Part shown: in pieces, positions 17,036 to 26,440 of the stretch | How positions within the stretch are numbered: position 1 is the stretch's first letter | Layout of the letters: each line of letters opens with the position of its first letter | Assembly (NCBI GenBank): GCA_913055635.1 | Contig: CAJXLK010000001.1 | Location: 96,626 to 160,625, forward strand | Reading direction: 5' to 3' | DNA: 64,000 nucleotides | Origin: an uncultured Bacteroidota bacterium | GTDB lineage: Bacteria > Bacteroidota > Bacteroidia > Bacteroidales > UBA12077 | Notes under the pieces: generated by a model | What the model was told of the DNA's origin: nothing | Seen by the model: only the letters and a program-made list of their open reading frames with translations | Database searches by the model: none | Position numbers and translations under genes: made by a program

Positions 17036-18780
17036 ATGGAAAATTTTGTCGTTTCAGCCAGGAAGTACAGGCCCTCAACCTTTGATACCGTTGTGGGGCA
17101 ATCCTCGATCACCCGGACCCTGAAGAATGCCATCACCAATGACCAGATCGCCCAGGCCTATCTGTTTTGCGGTCCGCGGGGAGTAGGTAAGACGACGGTT
17201 GCACGGATATTTGCCAAAACGATCAATTGTTCAAATCTGAATGAAAACCTGGAGCCCTGTAATGCCTGTGATTCCTGTGTCGCCTTCAATCAACACCGTT
17301 CCACCAATATACATGAGCTGGATGCGGCTTCCAACAATTCGGTGGAAAACATCCGGTCCCTGACCGAACAGGTTCGTATTCCTCCGCAGGTTGGCAAATA
17401 CAGCATTTACATCATCGATGAGGTGCATATGCTCTCGCCCGCAGCCTTCAATGCCTTTTTGAAGACCCTGGAAGAGCCCCCTGCTCATGCCATCTTCATT
17501 CTGGCTACCACAGAAAAGCATAAGATTCTGCCCACCATCCTCTCGCGGTGTCAGATATTTGATTTCAACCGGATCAAAGTAGAAGAGATGGTACAATATC
17601 TGGAACAGATCAGCCGGGAGGAAAACCTGGATTATGAGAAAGATGCCCTGAATGTGATTGCCCAGAAGGCCGATGGGGCCCTTCGCGATGCCTTGTCGAT
17701 TTATGACCAGGTGGTCAGCTTCTCGGGGGAAAAAATCACCTATCAGAACGTGATAGAGAATTTGAATGTGCTGGACTATGATTACTATTTTCGTTTGACC
17801 GATGCTTTTCTGGAAGGCGATCATGGCCAGGCCCTGTTGATTTTCAATGAAATCCTTGAGAAAGGCTTTGATGCCCATCAGTTCATCAATTCATTGAGCC
17901 AGCATTTCAGAGACCTGTTGGTCAGCAAGGATGAGCAGACCCTTGATTTGCTGGAGGTTGGAGCAGGCATCCGGGAGCGTTACAAGGAGCAGTCGGGCAA
18001 AGTTTCTGCCAAATATCTGATCAGGGCCTTAAATATAGCCAACCAGTATGATGTAACCTACCGTTCCAGCATGAACCAGCGCCTTCACATAGAGCTGGCG
18101 ATGGTGGACCTGTGCAACATGGAGGCGGAAAAAAAAAAGCAGGTGAATCAAGCGGGGAAGGTGCCACAGAGGTAAAGGAGAAACAGCCGGCGCAAGGCGG
18201 GGCAAAACCGAGTGAGCGGGTCAAGTCGAGCGTAAGGGCCAAGGCTTCCAGTTCAGAGGCATCGCAAGCAGCTACCCCTTCAAAAAAGCCGGACACCTTT
18301 TCGATCAACCAGGCCCTGAAAAAGGGACGCCAGGAGAAACCCGGGGAGGCTGAAGGCGATCAGCAGCCGGAGGAGGAGGAGGAGCCTTCCGCCGATACCG
18401 GGAAAAACCGCCACCACCATTTCACCCAGGAAGAACTCGAAAAGGCCCTGAAGACCATTGCCGGGGAATACAAGGATAAGCCTCGAATATCCAATATGCT
18501 TGCCTCACGCAAACCGCAAAAGCAGCCGGATGATCTGATTCATATTCACCTGGAGAATCAGCTCCAGCAGCAACAGATCAACCGGATTTACAATACCCTT
18601 TTATACCGCCTGAAGGAGGAACTTCAAAACGACGCCATTACCCTTCAAACTGAAATTGCCCGCGAACAGCAGGCGGGCGATAAAAAACTCTACACCGCCG
18701 AGGACAAATATTTGTACATGGAGAAGAAAAATCAGTACCTCAAACAGCTCAAACAGGATTTTGATCTGGATTTTGACTGA
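17036..18780 (+). CDS. dnaX: DNA polymerase III subunit gamma/tau. Frame 0 stops at 18175 (379 aa); the full-length tau-like product needs a -1 shift at 18133-18139
   Basis: AAA+ clamp-loader motifs GPRGVGKTT, YIIDEVHMLS and SRCQ. The -1 frame ORF (18112-18780) continues with a K/E/Q-rich linker and a conserved-looking C-terminal domain. Confidence 0.9.
18133..18139 (+). promoter_or_regulatory. A AAA AAG slippery heptamer within an A10 run (candidate -1 frameshift or transcriptional slippage site)
   Basis: Frame-0 codons are GAA AAA AAA AAG. GGAGG at 18121-18125 lies 7 nt upstream. The downstream ORF is in the -1 frame. Confidence 0.6.
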
Positions 18781-18782
18781 TT

Positions 18783-18958
18783 CCCCGGCCCGTTTTTATC
18801 CGGTCGGCCCGTTTTTCACCCAGCCAGTCCGTTTTTTATCCAGCCCCGATTTTCATCCAGCCAGTCCGTTTTTCATCTGGCCGGCCCGTTTTTTACCCAC
18901 CCAGTCCGTTTTTCATCCGGTCGGCCCGTTTTTCACCCCGCCAGCCCGTTCTTCCCCG
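18783..18958. repeat. About 9 degenerate tandem units (17-21 bp), consensus ccRgYcRgcccgtttttYaY
   Basis: Read directly. The array begins 3 nt after the tau-frame stop at 18780. Confidence 0.8.
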
Positions 18959-19287
18959 GGGCATTCAACCTGCTTGGATCACCAATCAACGGTGGGGCAT
19001 CTTCTGACAATATCCAATGCAGGGTTCATTCGAACAAAATTCAATTAACAGCCTGTATATCAATATAATAATAGCATATGCTTTGTTGATCTCGGTAACC
19101 TCTGCCATGAAACCCCCATGTTTTATTCATCACTTTTGTGCCAGTCGGTGCATGAGGGGTTCATCAGGACATTAAACCTGACCGGATTTTACGGGTCATA
19201 CCAATGCATATGATCTATGACATTTTTAAATCCGAAAAATGTTATTATGTTTACACTATCACGAATATTCCAAAAAAATTTGCAACT

Positions 19288-20307
19288 ATGGAAAATATTG
19301 ACTGGAGTAATTTACCGTTTGGTTACCATAAGCCCGATTACAATGTTCGGTGTCATTTTAAAAATGGAAAATGGGGTGAACTGGAGATTTCCTCTTCAGA
19401 GTACCTCAACATTCACCAGGCAGCCACTGCGTTGCATTACGGCCAGCAGGCCTTTGAGGGGATGAAGGCATACCGGGGCAAGAATGGAGAAATTCGTATA
19501 TTTCGGTGGGAAGAAAATTACAAGCGCATGGAGCGTTCCGCCCATGGCATATTGATGGAGCCGGTTCCGAAGCAGACGTTCAAAGATGCCATTTTCAAGG
19601 CGGTCAAGCTGAATGAACGATGGATTCCTCCCCATGGCACGGGGGCAGCTTTATACATCCGTCCGTTGTTGATTGGCTCCGGGGCTGAAATAGGGGTTAA
19701 GCCCGCTAAGGAATATTTATTTGTTGTCTTTGTCACCCCGGTAGGGCCCTATTTTAAAGCGGGCTTCAAGCCGATTGATATTGCCATTGTCAGGGATAGT
19801 GACCGAACGGCACCCCTGGGCACCGGCATGTATAAGGTGGGGGGCAACTATGCGGCCAGTCTGCCGGGCATCAAAGAGACCAAGGAAGCGGGTTATGCCC
19901 AGCCCCTTTATTTGGATTCCAAGGAAAAGAAATACATTGACGAGATCGGGGCGGCCAATTTCTTTGGCATCAAAAACAACACCTACATCACGCCCGATTC
20001 CAATTCCATTTTGCCCTCGATCACCAATAAGAGCATTCAGGAGATGGCCCCGGATTTGGGCATCAAGGTTGAGGCCCGGCCGGTGCCGGTCGAAGAACTG
20101 GAGACCTTTGAAGAGGTCGGAGCCTGCGGCACGGCAGCCATTATAGCCCCCATTGGTAAAATAAAGGACCTGGATCAGGACAGGACCTTTACTTATTCTT
20201 CCGACGGGAAGCCCGGGCCCATTTCCACCAAAATCTACAACAAGCTACTGGGCATACAGTTTGGCGATGAGGAGGATCCCTATGGCTGGATTGATATTAT
20301 TGAATAA
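19288..20307 (+). CDS. ilvE: Branched-chain amino acid aminotransferase
   Basis: 339 aa from MENIDWSNLPFGY. Class IV aminotransferase pattern: YGQQAFEGMKAYR, YIRPLLIG, KVGGNYAASL, GAANFF, SILPSITNKS, GTAA. Confidence 0.9.
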   Translation: MENIDWSNLPFGYHKPDYNVRCHFKNGKWGELEISSSEYLNIHQAATALHYGQQAFEGMKAYRGKNGEIRIFRWEENYKRMERSAHGILMEPVPKQTFKDAIFKAVKLNERWIPPHGTGAALYIRPLLIGSGAEIGVKPAKEYLFVVFVTPVGPYFKAGFKPIDIAIVRDSDRTAPLGTGMYKVGGNYAASLPGIKETKEAGYAQPLYLDSKEKKYIDEIGAANFFGIKNNTYITPDSNSILPSITNKSIQEMAPDLGIKVEARPVPVEELETFEEVGACGTAAIIAPIGKIKDLDQDRTFTYSSDGKPGPISTKIYNKLLGIQFGDEEDPYGWIDIIE

Positions 20308-20476
20308 GCAGATTGCTTAAAGGTTGAGTAAGGGGAGCCTTCTGCGGGAATGGTTTTAACATATTGGTGCCACGAGAGACTGGCCGGAGATCCTGGTCGA
20401 ACCGATAAGCCTTCCATGGGAATGGTTGTTAACAGGGATGGCTGAAATTGACAGAAAAAGGTTTTTTTAGCCTTCG

Positions 20477-20505
20477 TTTGACGTTTTCGCGTCAAATCTT
20501 TTTCA
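20477..20505 (+). terminator. Hairpin tttgacg/cgtcaaa followed by a T-rich tract
   Basis: 7-bp stem (20477-20483 / 20490-20496) followed by tctttttc. It lies 170 nt past the ilvE stop, so assignment to ilvE is uncertain. Confidence 0.4.
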
Positions 20506-20627
20506 CCTCCGTCTTATAGGGTCGGGGGTGTTTTTTTGGGCCGCTGTGGAAACGAGATTATTACGCTGAAGATAACGATAATGATGGGCTTTGGGTGTTT
20601 TTTGGGGCCGTTGTGGAAGCGAAGTGT

Positions 20628-21806
20628 TCAGCCGGCGATCACCCCTGAGCCCAGCAGTTCGTCGTTGAGGTACCAGGCGGCAAACTGACCGGGGGTGATG
20701 CCCCGTTGGGGCTGGTCAAAGACAATGTAGGCGCCTTCCTTTTTTCGGATGAGCCGGCCTTTTTGTAAGGGCTGGCGGTAGCGGATCCTGAAATCCAGGG
20801 TTTGTTCGCCCCCGGGGGGCATCTCCAGGTCTGGTCTGATCCAGTGGAGGTCACTGGCGTGAATGAACAGCCCCCGGCGGAAAAGGCCCGGATGATCCTT
20901 GCCTTCGCCGGCATAAACGATGTTTTTTTCCGTGTCAATGCCAATGACATAAAGGGGCTCTTTCGTTCCGCCTACGTTCAGCCCCTTGCGCTGGCCTACC
21001 GTGAAAAAGTGGGCTCCGTGGTGTTGTCCGATTTTTGTGGCTTTTTCCGGGGCCAGGTCATGGGGCCGGCACAGATCCTCCACGCCATCTTCGTCGCTGT
21101 GATGATTTTGAAGGTGATGGCCTTCTATTTTGAGGATGGGCCCTTTTTGGGTGGACAGTTTTTGCTGGAGGAACTCGGGCAGGTCCACTTTACCGATGAA
21201 ACAGATTCCCTGGGAATCTTTGCGGTTGGCGGTAGGCAGGCCCAACTTTTTGGCAATATCACGCACCTGGGATTTGTAGAGTGATCCCAGTGGAAAAAGG
21301 GCTTTGCTGAGTTGTTCCTGGGATATTTGGCAGAGGAAATAACTTTGCTCCTTGTTTTTATCATCTCCGGCCACCAGGGAATGGATGGTCTTTTGCCCTG
21401 TGCGGTGCGTTTGTTTCCTGACATAGTGGCCGGTGGCAATATAGTCGGCGCCCAGTTTGGCGGCTTCCCGTGCAAACAGATCGAACTTGACTTCCCGGTT
21501 GCACAGCACATCGGGGTTGGGTGTTCTTCCCCGTTGATATTCGGCAAACATGTAATCGACCACACGTTGTCGGTATTCCCGGCTGAAATCAACGAAATGC
21601 AGGTCAATGCCCAGCTTGCGGGCTGCCATCTCTGCAAAAGACCAGTCGTCCTCCCATGTGCAGCTGCTGGTCAATACCCCCTGCTGGTCTTCCCAGTTCT
21701 TCATGAACAAACCCATTACCTCATAGCCTTGTTCCTTCAGCAAATGAGCAGCAACGCTCGAATCTACACCTCCCGACAGGCCAACAACCACCCTTTGTTT
21801 TTCCAT
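20628..21806 (-). CDS. mnmA: tRNA 2-thiouridine(34) synthase MnmA
   Basis: PP-loop VVVGLSGGVDSSV, plus NPDVLCN, ATGHY and CFIG motifs. The alternative upstream ATG at 21857 would add 17 aa. Confidence 0.9.
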   Translation of the reverse strand: MEKQRVVVGLSGGVDSSVAAHLLKEQGYEVMGLFMKNWEDQQGVLTSSCTWEDDWSFAEMAARKLGIDLHFVDFSREYRQRVVDYMFAEYQRGRTPNPDVLCNREVKFDLFAREAAKLGADYIATGHYVRKQTHRTGQKTIHSLVAGDDKNKEQSYFLCQISQEQLSKALFPLGSLYKSQVRDIAKKLGLPTANRKDSQGICFIGKVDLPEFLQQKLSTQKGPILKIEGHHLQNHHSDEDGVEDLCRPHDLAPEKATKIGQHHGAHFFTVGQRKGLNVGGTKEPLYVIGIDTEKNIVYAGEGKDHPGLFRRGLFIHASDLHWIRPDLEMPPGGEQTLDFRIRYRQPLQKGRLIRKKEGAYIVFDQPQRGITPGQFAAWYLNDELLGSGVIAG

Positions 21807-21974
21807 CTGTTGCACTTTTTGGTTAAATGATTCATGTTGGTTGATTTTAACAGACATGGCCTTATTTTCTAATTTTCCATAATGATAACGGCCATTTATA
21901 TGGCAAGCATGCTTTGCGGCTACAAAAATACGAAATTGTGGCGGGGTTTATTTTCAACGGGGTGAATTTTTGAA

Positions 21975-22134
21975 TCTTCCCGGTAACGTGAGTGAACTGA
22001 GGGTATCGTGAACCGGCTGCTCCGTTGGCATGAATCAACCCTTAAGCATGAACCTATTTCCATTGTCGTGAACGAATCCCTGTTATGGTAGAAAAGTCCT
22101 TGTTGTCATAGATGAGCCCTTATTGTTGTGAATG
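21975..22134. repeat. About 8 degenerate tandem units (16-22 bp) ending in (c/t)(g/a)tgaa(c/t)
   Basis: Read directly in the mnmA/DDAH divergent intergenic region, e.g. ctatttccattgtcgtgaac, caacccttaagcatgaac, agcccttattgttgtgaatgg. Confidence 0.6.
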
Positions 22135-22191
22135 GAGGAAAAATGTTATTTTTGCGGGGTCAGGTAATCGCATGACCCCAAATATCTTATT

Positions 22192-22953
22192 ATGTACACC
22201 CAAGCCCTGGTAAAGTTACCTGCCGAAACCCTGGTTGACGGCATTACCACTGCCGATCTTGGCCAACCGGATTATGACCTTGCCTTGCGGCAACATCAGC
22301 TTTACCGGCAAACCCTGGAGGATTGTGGTGTCCGGGTTAAGGTGCTGGAAGCTCAGGCTGATTATCCGGATTCTGTTTTCATTGAAGATGCGGCCGTTGT
22401 GACCAGCCGGTTTGCCGTTATAACCCGGCCGGGCGCCCCGTCGAGGAGGGGAGAGGTCGAGCCCGTGCGCGAAGAACTGAGGAACCTGGTGGGGCCGACC
22501 GGAGAAATTGAATCGCCGGGTATATTGGATGGGGGTGACGTGATGCAATGCGGCTTCACCTTCTTTGTCGGTTTATCCAGCCGGACCAACCGGGAGGGAT
22601 TCCGCCAGTTCTCCGAATTCGTAGGGCATTTTGGATATGATGCCGCTCCTGTTTCGATCGAAGATATGTTGCACCTGAAAACGGGCGTGGCCTATCTGGA
22701 ATATAACAACCTACTGATAAGTCGTGATCTACAAGATCATCCGGCTTTTTCCTCCTTTAATAAAATGGTGGTACCTCCACAGGAGGCCTATGCCGCCAAC
22801 AGCCTGTGGATCAACGGGCGGGTGCTTGTACCCGAAGGCTTCCCCCAAACCCTTCACATGCTTAAAGAACAGGGCTACAAGACCATCCCCTTGCCGGTTT
22901 CGGAATTCAGAAAATTAGACGGTGGCCTCAGTTGTCTTTCCCTTAGGTTTTAA
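22192..22953 (+). CDS. Dimethylarginine dimethylaminohydrolase-type amidinotransferase (guanidino-modifying enzyme superfamily)
   Basis: 253 aa with FIEDAAVV, GGDVM, HLKTG and a C-terminal LDGGLSCLSLRF catalytic-Cys motif. Confidence 0.7.
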   Translation: MYTQALVKLPAETLVDGITTADLGQPDYDLALRQHQLYRQTLEDCGVRVKVLEAQADYPDSVFIEDAAVVTSRFAVITRPGAPSRRGEVEPVREELRNLVGPTGEIESPGILDGGDVMQCGFTFFVGLSSRTNREGFRQFSEFVGHFGYDAAPVSIEDMLHLKTGVAYLEYNNLLISRDLQDHPAFSSFNKMVVPPQEAYAANSLWINGRVLVPEGFPQTLHMLKEQGYKTIPLPVSEFRKLDGGLSCLSLRF

Positions 22954-23386
22954 TTTTTAAATGTACCCTAAAACCCATAGGGTGATGGACTAGATGTAAC
23001 CCCTGTTCTAATATTTCATCCTTATTCTGTATCTATTTCATGATCTATATTCAACCCCTGCCATTCAATTCCTGCTTTATATTCAATCCAATCCTTGCTC
23101 TTGATTGAAACCTTAGTTAATTTACTTTCGGCGCTTGATTCAACCCTTGAGCAAAGGACTTTGATAACTGGTGTTTGCTTGAACTGAACCCTTCGGTTAA
23201 AAGGAATGTCATTATCTGGCTTGAAATCAAGAACTGACGAAACACCGACAAACCCCTGGAGCCTGTTCCCCGGTTAAAATCTTTCCATTTTTTTAAGGAA
23301 GAGGGATTTCCTTTTTTATTTGGAATAAAAATTCTAATTTTGCGGTTCATTTAAATGTTTAATGAATCAATAAATTAATTCAAACC

Positions 23387-23752
23387 ATGGAGCGACATTA
23401 CGAAACCGTTTTCATTACAACTCCCGTTTTATCTGAAGATCAGATGAAGGAAACGGTCGAAAAATTCCGGAACATACTCCAGAAGAACCAGGCCGAAGTG
23501 GTTCATGAGGAGAATTGGGGTTTGAGGAAACTGGCTTACCCCATTGACAAGAAATCCACTGGGTTTTACCACCTGATTGAATTTAAATCAGAGGGTCAGG
23601 CGATTGACAATCTGGAAGTTGAATTCAAAAGGGATGAGCGTGTCCTGCGATTTTTGACCGTTAAGATGGACAAGCACGCCATTGAGTATGCTGAGAAGCG
23701 CAGAAATCAAAAGCAAAACAACAGGAAAAACGAAACCCAAAAGGAGCAATAA
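23387..23752 (+). CDS. rpsF: 30S ribosomal protein S6
   Basis: [10 protein letters not shown]...[10 protein letters not shown], followed by rpsR and rplI. Confidence 0.95.
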   Translation: MERHYETVFITTPVLSEDQMKETVEKFRNILQKNQAEVVHEENWGLRKLAYPIDKKSTGFYHLIEFKSEGQAIDNLEVEFKRDERVLRFLTVKMDKHAIEYAEKRRNQKQNNRKNETQKEQ

Positions 23753-23755
23753 GAC

Positions 23756-24028
23756 ATGGCACAACAAAATCAATCCGAAATCAGATATCTGAATCCACCG
23801 GCAATTGAGGTTAAAAAGAGGAAATTCTGCTGGTTCCGCAAGAACAACATCAAATATGTGGATTATAAAAACCCCGATTTTCTCAAGAAGTTTTTGAATG
23901 AACAGGGTAAGATTCTGCCCCGGCGGATCACCGGGACTTCCCTGAAATACCAGCGGAAGGTTGCAAGAGCCGTTAAGCGGGCTCGTCATCTGGCCTTATT
24001 GCCCTATGTTACCGATATGTTGAAATAA
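23756..24028 (+). CDS. rpsR: 30S ribosomal protein S18
   Basis: KKRKFCWF...[29 protein letters not shown]...[21 protein letters not shown]. Confidence 0.95.
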   Translation: MAQQNQSEIRYLNPPAIEVKKRKFCWFRKNNIKYVDYKNPDFLKKFLNEQGKILPRRITGTSLKYQRKVARAVKRARHLALLPYVTDMLK

Positions 24029-24041
24029 TAATTCGAAGGAT

Positions 24042-24488
24042 ATGGAAATCATACTCAAACAAGATATTGACAAACTGGGAAGCAAGAATGATATTGTAAC
24101 CGTAAAGGACGGTTATGCCATCAATTATTTGATTCCTCGCGGTATGGCCATCATGGCCACCAAGTCGGCCAAGAAGATGGCTGAGGAGATCGCCCGCCAG
24201 CGCGCCCACAAAGAAGAGAAGCTCAAGGAACAGGCCGAAGAGTTGGCTGGTAAGCTGGAAGGCATGAAGCTGGAGATCGGGGCGAAGACCAGTTCCAAGG
24301 GTAAAATCTTTGGATCGGTCAATACCCTGCAGATTGCAGAAGAGCTTCAGAAGCAAGGCATTGAAGTTGACCGCAAAAATGTGGAAATTAAGGAGGAACC
24401 CATCAAGGAAGTGGGCACCTACACCGCTACTGTTAAGCTTCACAAGGACGTTAGCCGCGAGATTACCTTTGAAGTCAAGGGCGAGTAA
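24042..24488 (+). CDS. rplI: 50S ribosomal protein L9
   Basis: MEIILKQDIDKLGSKNDIVTVKDGYAINYLIPRG. Confidence 0.95.
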   Translation: MEIILKQDIDKLGSKNDIVTVKDGYAINYLIPRGMAIMATKSAKKMAEEIARQRAHKEEKLKEQAEELAGKLEGMKLEIGAKTSSKGKIFGSVNTLQIAEELQKQGIEVDRKNVEIKEEPIKEVGTYTATVKLHKDVSREITFEVKGE

Positions 24489-24512
24489 TTGAATTGCTTT
24501 ACGTTAGGGAAG

Positions 24513-24550
24513 GCCCCGGTTGTATTGATCAGCTCCGGGGCGTTCCGTTT
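24513..24550 (+). terminator. rplI terminator-like hairpin
   Basis: 7-bp stem gccccgg (24513-24519) / ccggggc (24535-24541), followed by gttccgtttc. The T tract is weak. Confidence 0.45.
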
Positions 24551-24642
24551 CACTCCATAAGGAACCCTGATCAAATCACCTCCCAGAAAAGGGGAATGAT
24601 TTGATCAGTTTTTTTTGATTTAACATCACCTAAAATTCCCCC

Positions 24643-24925
24643 ATTCATTCACACCCCGCTTTCGTTTCACTTCAGCGGGGCAGGCATTCACTCCCCGCTT
24701 TTGCTCCGTTCATAGGGGCAGGCGTTCATTCCCCACTTTTGCTCCGTTCATAGGGGCAGGCGTTCATTCCCCGCTTTCGTTTCACTTCATCGGGGCAGGC
24801 ATTCCCTCCCCGCTTTTACTCCGTTCATCGGGGGGGTAGGCATTCACTCATTCAATCATTTAATTATTGAATCCCCGCCTTCGTTTTATTGTGATGGGGC
24901 AGGCACTCACGCATTCTTGCATTCA
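24643..24925. repeat. 6-7 tandem units (38-42 bp, one of 63 bp), each carrying a ccccgc...g(c)gggg hairpin; consensus cRttcaYtccccgcttt-N-ttcaNNggggcagg
   Basis: Unit starts at 24643, 24685, 24723, 24761, 24800, 24841 and 24904 (partial). The array fills the convergent gap between rplI and gpx and abuts the gpx stop codon. Confidence 0.85.
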
Positions 24926-24926
24926 C

Positions 24927-25487
24927 TCATTTCTCCTTGACCCATCCCAGGATCTTTTCATCCATCGGGTTGGTTTTTGAATAGGCCACTTTTACCAGTT
25001 CCCCCTTTTCGTTGATCAGGTATTTTTGAAAATTCCATTTGACCTTGGAATCCATCTTGCCGTTGTAATTTTTGGTGGTCAGCCATTGATATAGCGGATG
25101 TTGATCTTTGCCTTTTACAGATATTTTGGACATCATGGGAAAAGTGACCCCGTAATTTTTTTGGCAGAATTGTTTGATTTCGGCATCGGAACCAGGTTCC
25201 TGGTTGGCAAAATTGTTGGCCGGAAAACCGATGATGGTGAAATTTTCGCCGCCATACTGTTCGTAAAGCTTCTGAAGATCTGCGTATTGTGGGGTGTAGC
25301 CGCACCTGGAGGCGGTGTTGACCACCAGCACCTTCTTACCTTTCAGGCTGGCCAGATCCAGGGATTGCCCGTCGATGGTTTCAACGGTAAAATCGTGGAA
25401 GTTTTTCTTTTCAAGGGATTCCCCGGCCTGCCCGAAAACAGTCCACGTCAGCATCATGCCTAATAGTGTGATCCATAAGGTTTTCAT
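24927..25487 (-). CDS. gpx: Glutathione peroxidase (Cys-type) with signal peptide
   Basis: VLVVNTASRCGYTPQY active-site box, plus FPANNF and WNFQKYL. I prefer the start at MKTLWITLLGMML. Confidence 0.88.
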   Translation of the reverse strand: MKTLWITLLGMMLTWTVFGQAGESLEKKNFHDFTVETIDGQSLDLASLKGKKVLVVNTASRCGYTPQYADLQKLYEQYGGENFTIIGFPANNFANQEPGSDAEIKQFCQKNYGVTFPMMSKISVKGKDQHPLYQWLTTKNYNGKMDSKVKWNFQKYLINEKGELVKVAYSKTNPMDEKILGWVKEK

Positions 25488-25836
25488 AATCGCATCTTTT
25501 TGGTTTGAAATTTTGGTGTACTTATTTTGGTTTATCATGGCTAACAAGGCGGAGGGATGAATTGTTCTGTGGGATCCGGGTAGGATTTATATTTTCCAAA
25601 CCGGTGAAATTGGATTTGCCAGGATAGGCGAGTCAAATTTATAGTTCATACTTACTGTTTGGTTCAGAAAAATGTATCAAACTGGATATGTTGATTTATA
25701 GTTCCACAAAAGGGTTTATGCTCCCTGAAAACCTTGAATTTAGAAAATTTAACCCGGAGGACTCCCTTAACTGGGAAGAATTTGCTACATTTGAACTGCT
25801 GTAGTGATGACCGATTAAAAAAGGAGGCTTGTGACC

Positions 25837-26403
25837 ATGAAGAATCATTTTTTTATCACTGGATTGCCACGGTCCAGGACCAGTTGGCTGGCCAATTTCT
25901 TCACCCATAACAATTCTTTCTGTTTCCATGAAGCCACCCGTTTTTGTGCCAGTCTGAGCGATCTCAGGGAGCTGATGAAAAGCCATCAGGCCGACAACAT
26001 TGGCAATGCAGACCCTGCCTTGCTTTATATCATGGATGATGTCAAAAAGGCCTTTCCTGATTCACGTCTCGTCTTGATAGAACGTGAATTACACGAGACC
26101 ATCGACAGTTTCATCGATTTTTACACCAGTTACGAATACAAGAGCATCCAGGAATGGATTGAACAGTTGTATGATATCATGGAGCGCATCAAGAACCGCT
26201 ATGAGGTATTGACCGTTCGCCATGACAGCCTCAATTATATGGATACCTGCAAGGAAGTGTGGGAGTATATTCTTCCCGATGAACCCTTTGACGTGAAGCG
26301 CTGGAACCTGCTGGATGAGCTATATATCAACAAACTGGTGGATAAGCACTCGACCCATGTGATGAAGAAGAGCCTCTACCATAAATACATTCAATATTAC
26401 TAA
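25837..26403 (+). CDS. Sulfotransferase-family protein (putative)
   Basis: N-terminal FFITGLPRSRTSWL resembles the PAPS 5'-phosphosulfate-binding loop. AGGAGG lies 9 nt upstream of this ATG. An alternative GTG is at 25831. Confidence 0.5.
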   Translation: MKNHFFITGLPRSRTSWLANFFTHNNSFCFHEATRFCASLSDLRELMKSHQADNIGNADPALLYIMDDVKKAFPDSRLVLIERELHETIDSFIDFYTSYEYKSIQEWIEQLYDIMERIKNRYEVLTVRHDSLNYMDTCKEVWEYILPDEPFDVKRWNLLDELYINKLVDKHSTHVMKKSLYHKYIQYY

Positions 26404-26440
26404 GCAGGTCGCTTGGACAGGAGTCATTTCCTCATTCCTC

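Noticed and set aside
18656-19048. 130-aa ORF translating the post-dnaX repeat array into a PVGPFF/PARF-type repetitive peptide
   Set aside because: The periodicity is 17-21 nt, not a multiple of 3. The frame stays open only because the units lack stops, and it overlaps the tau-frame C-terminus.
16039-24925. CRISPR interpretation of the tandem arrays at 16039, 18783 and 24643
   Set aside because: The units are directly abutting or degenerate, with no unique spacers of constant length. The periods (17-42 bp) are too short for repeat plus spacer, and no cas genes are in the window.
25696-25986. 96-aa minus-strand ORF overlapping the start of the sulfotransferase-like gene
   Set aside because: It overlaps the better-supported plus-strand gene, which has a P-loop-like motif and an SD sequence. 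The ORF itself has no motifs.
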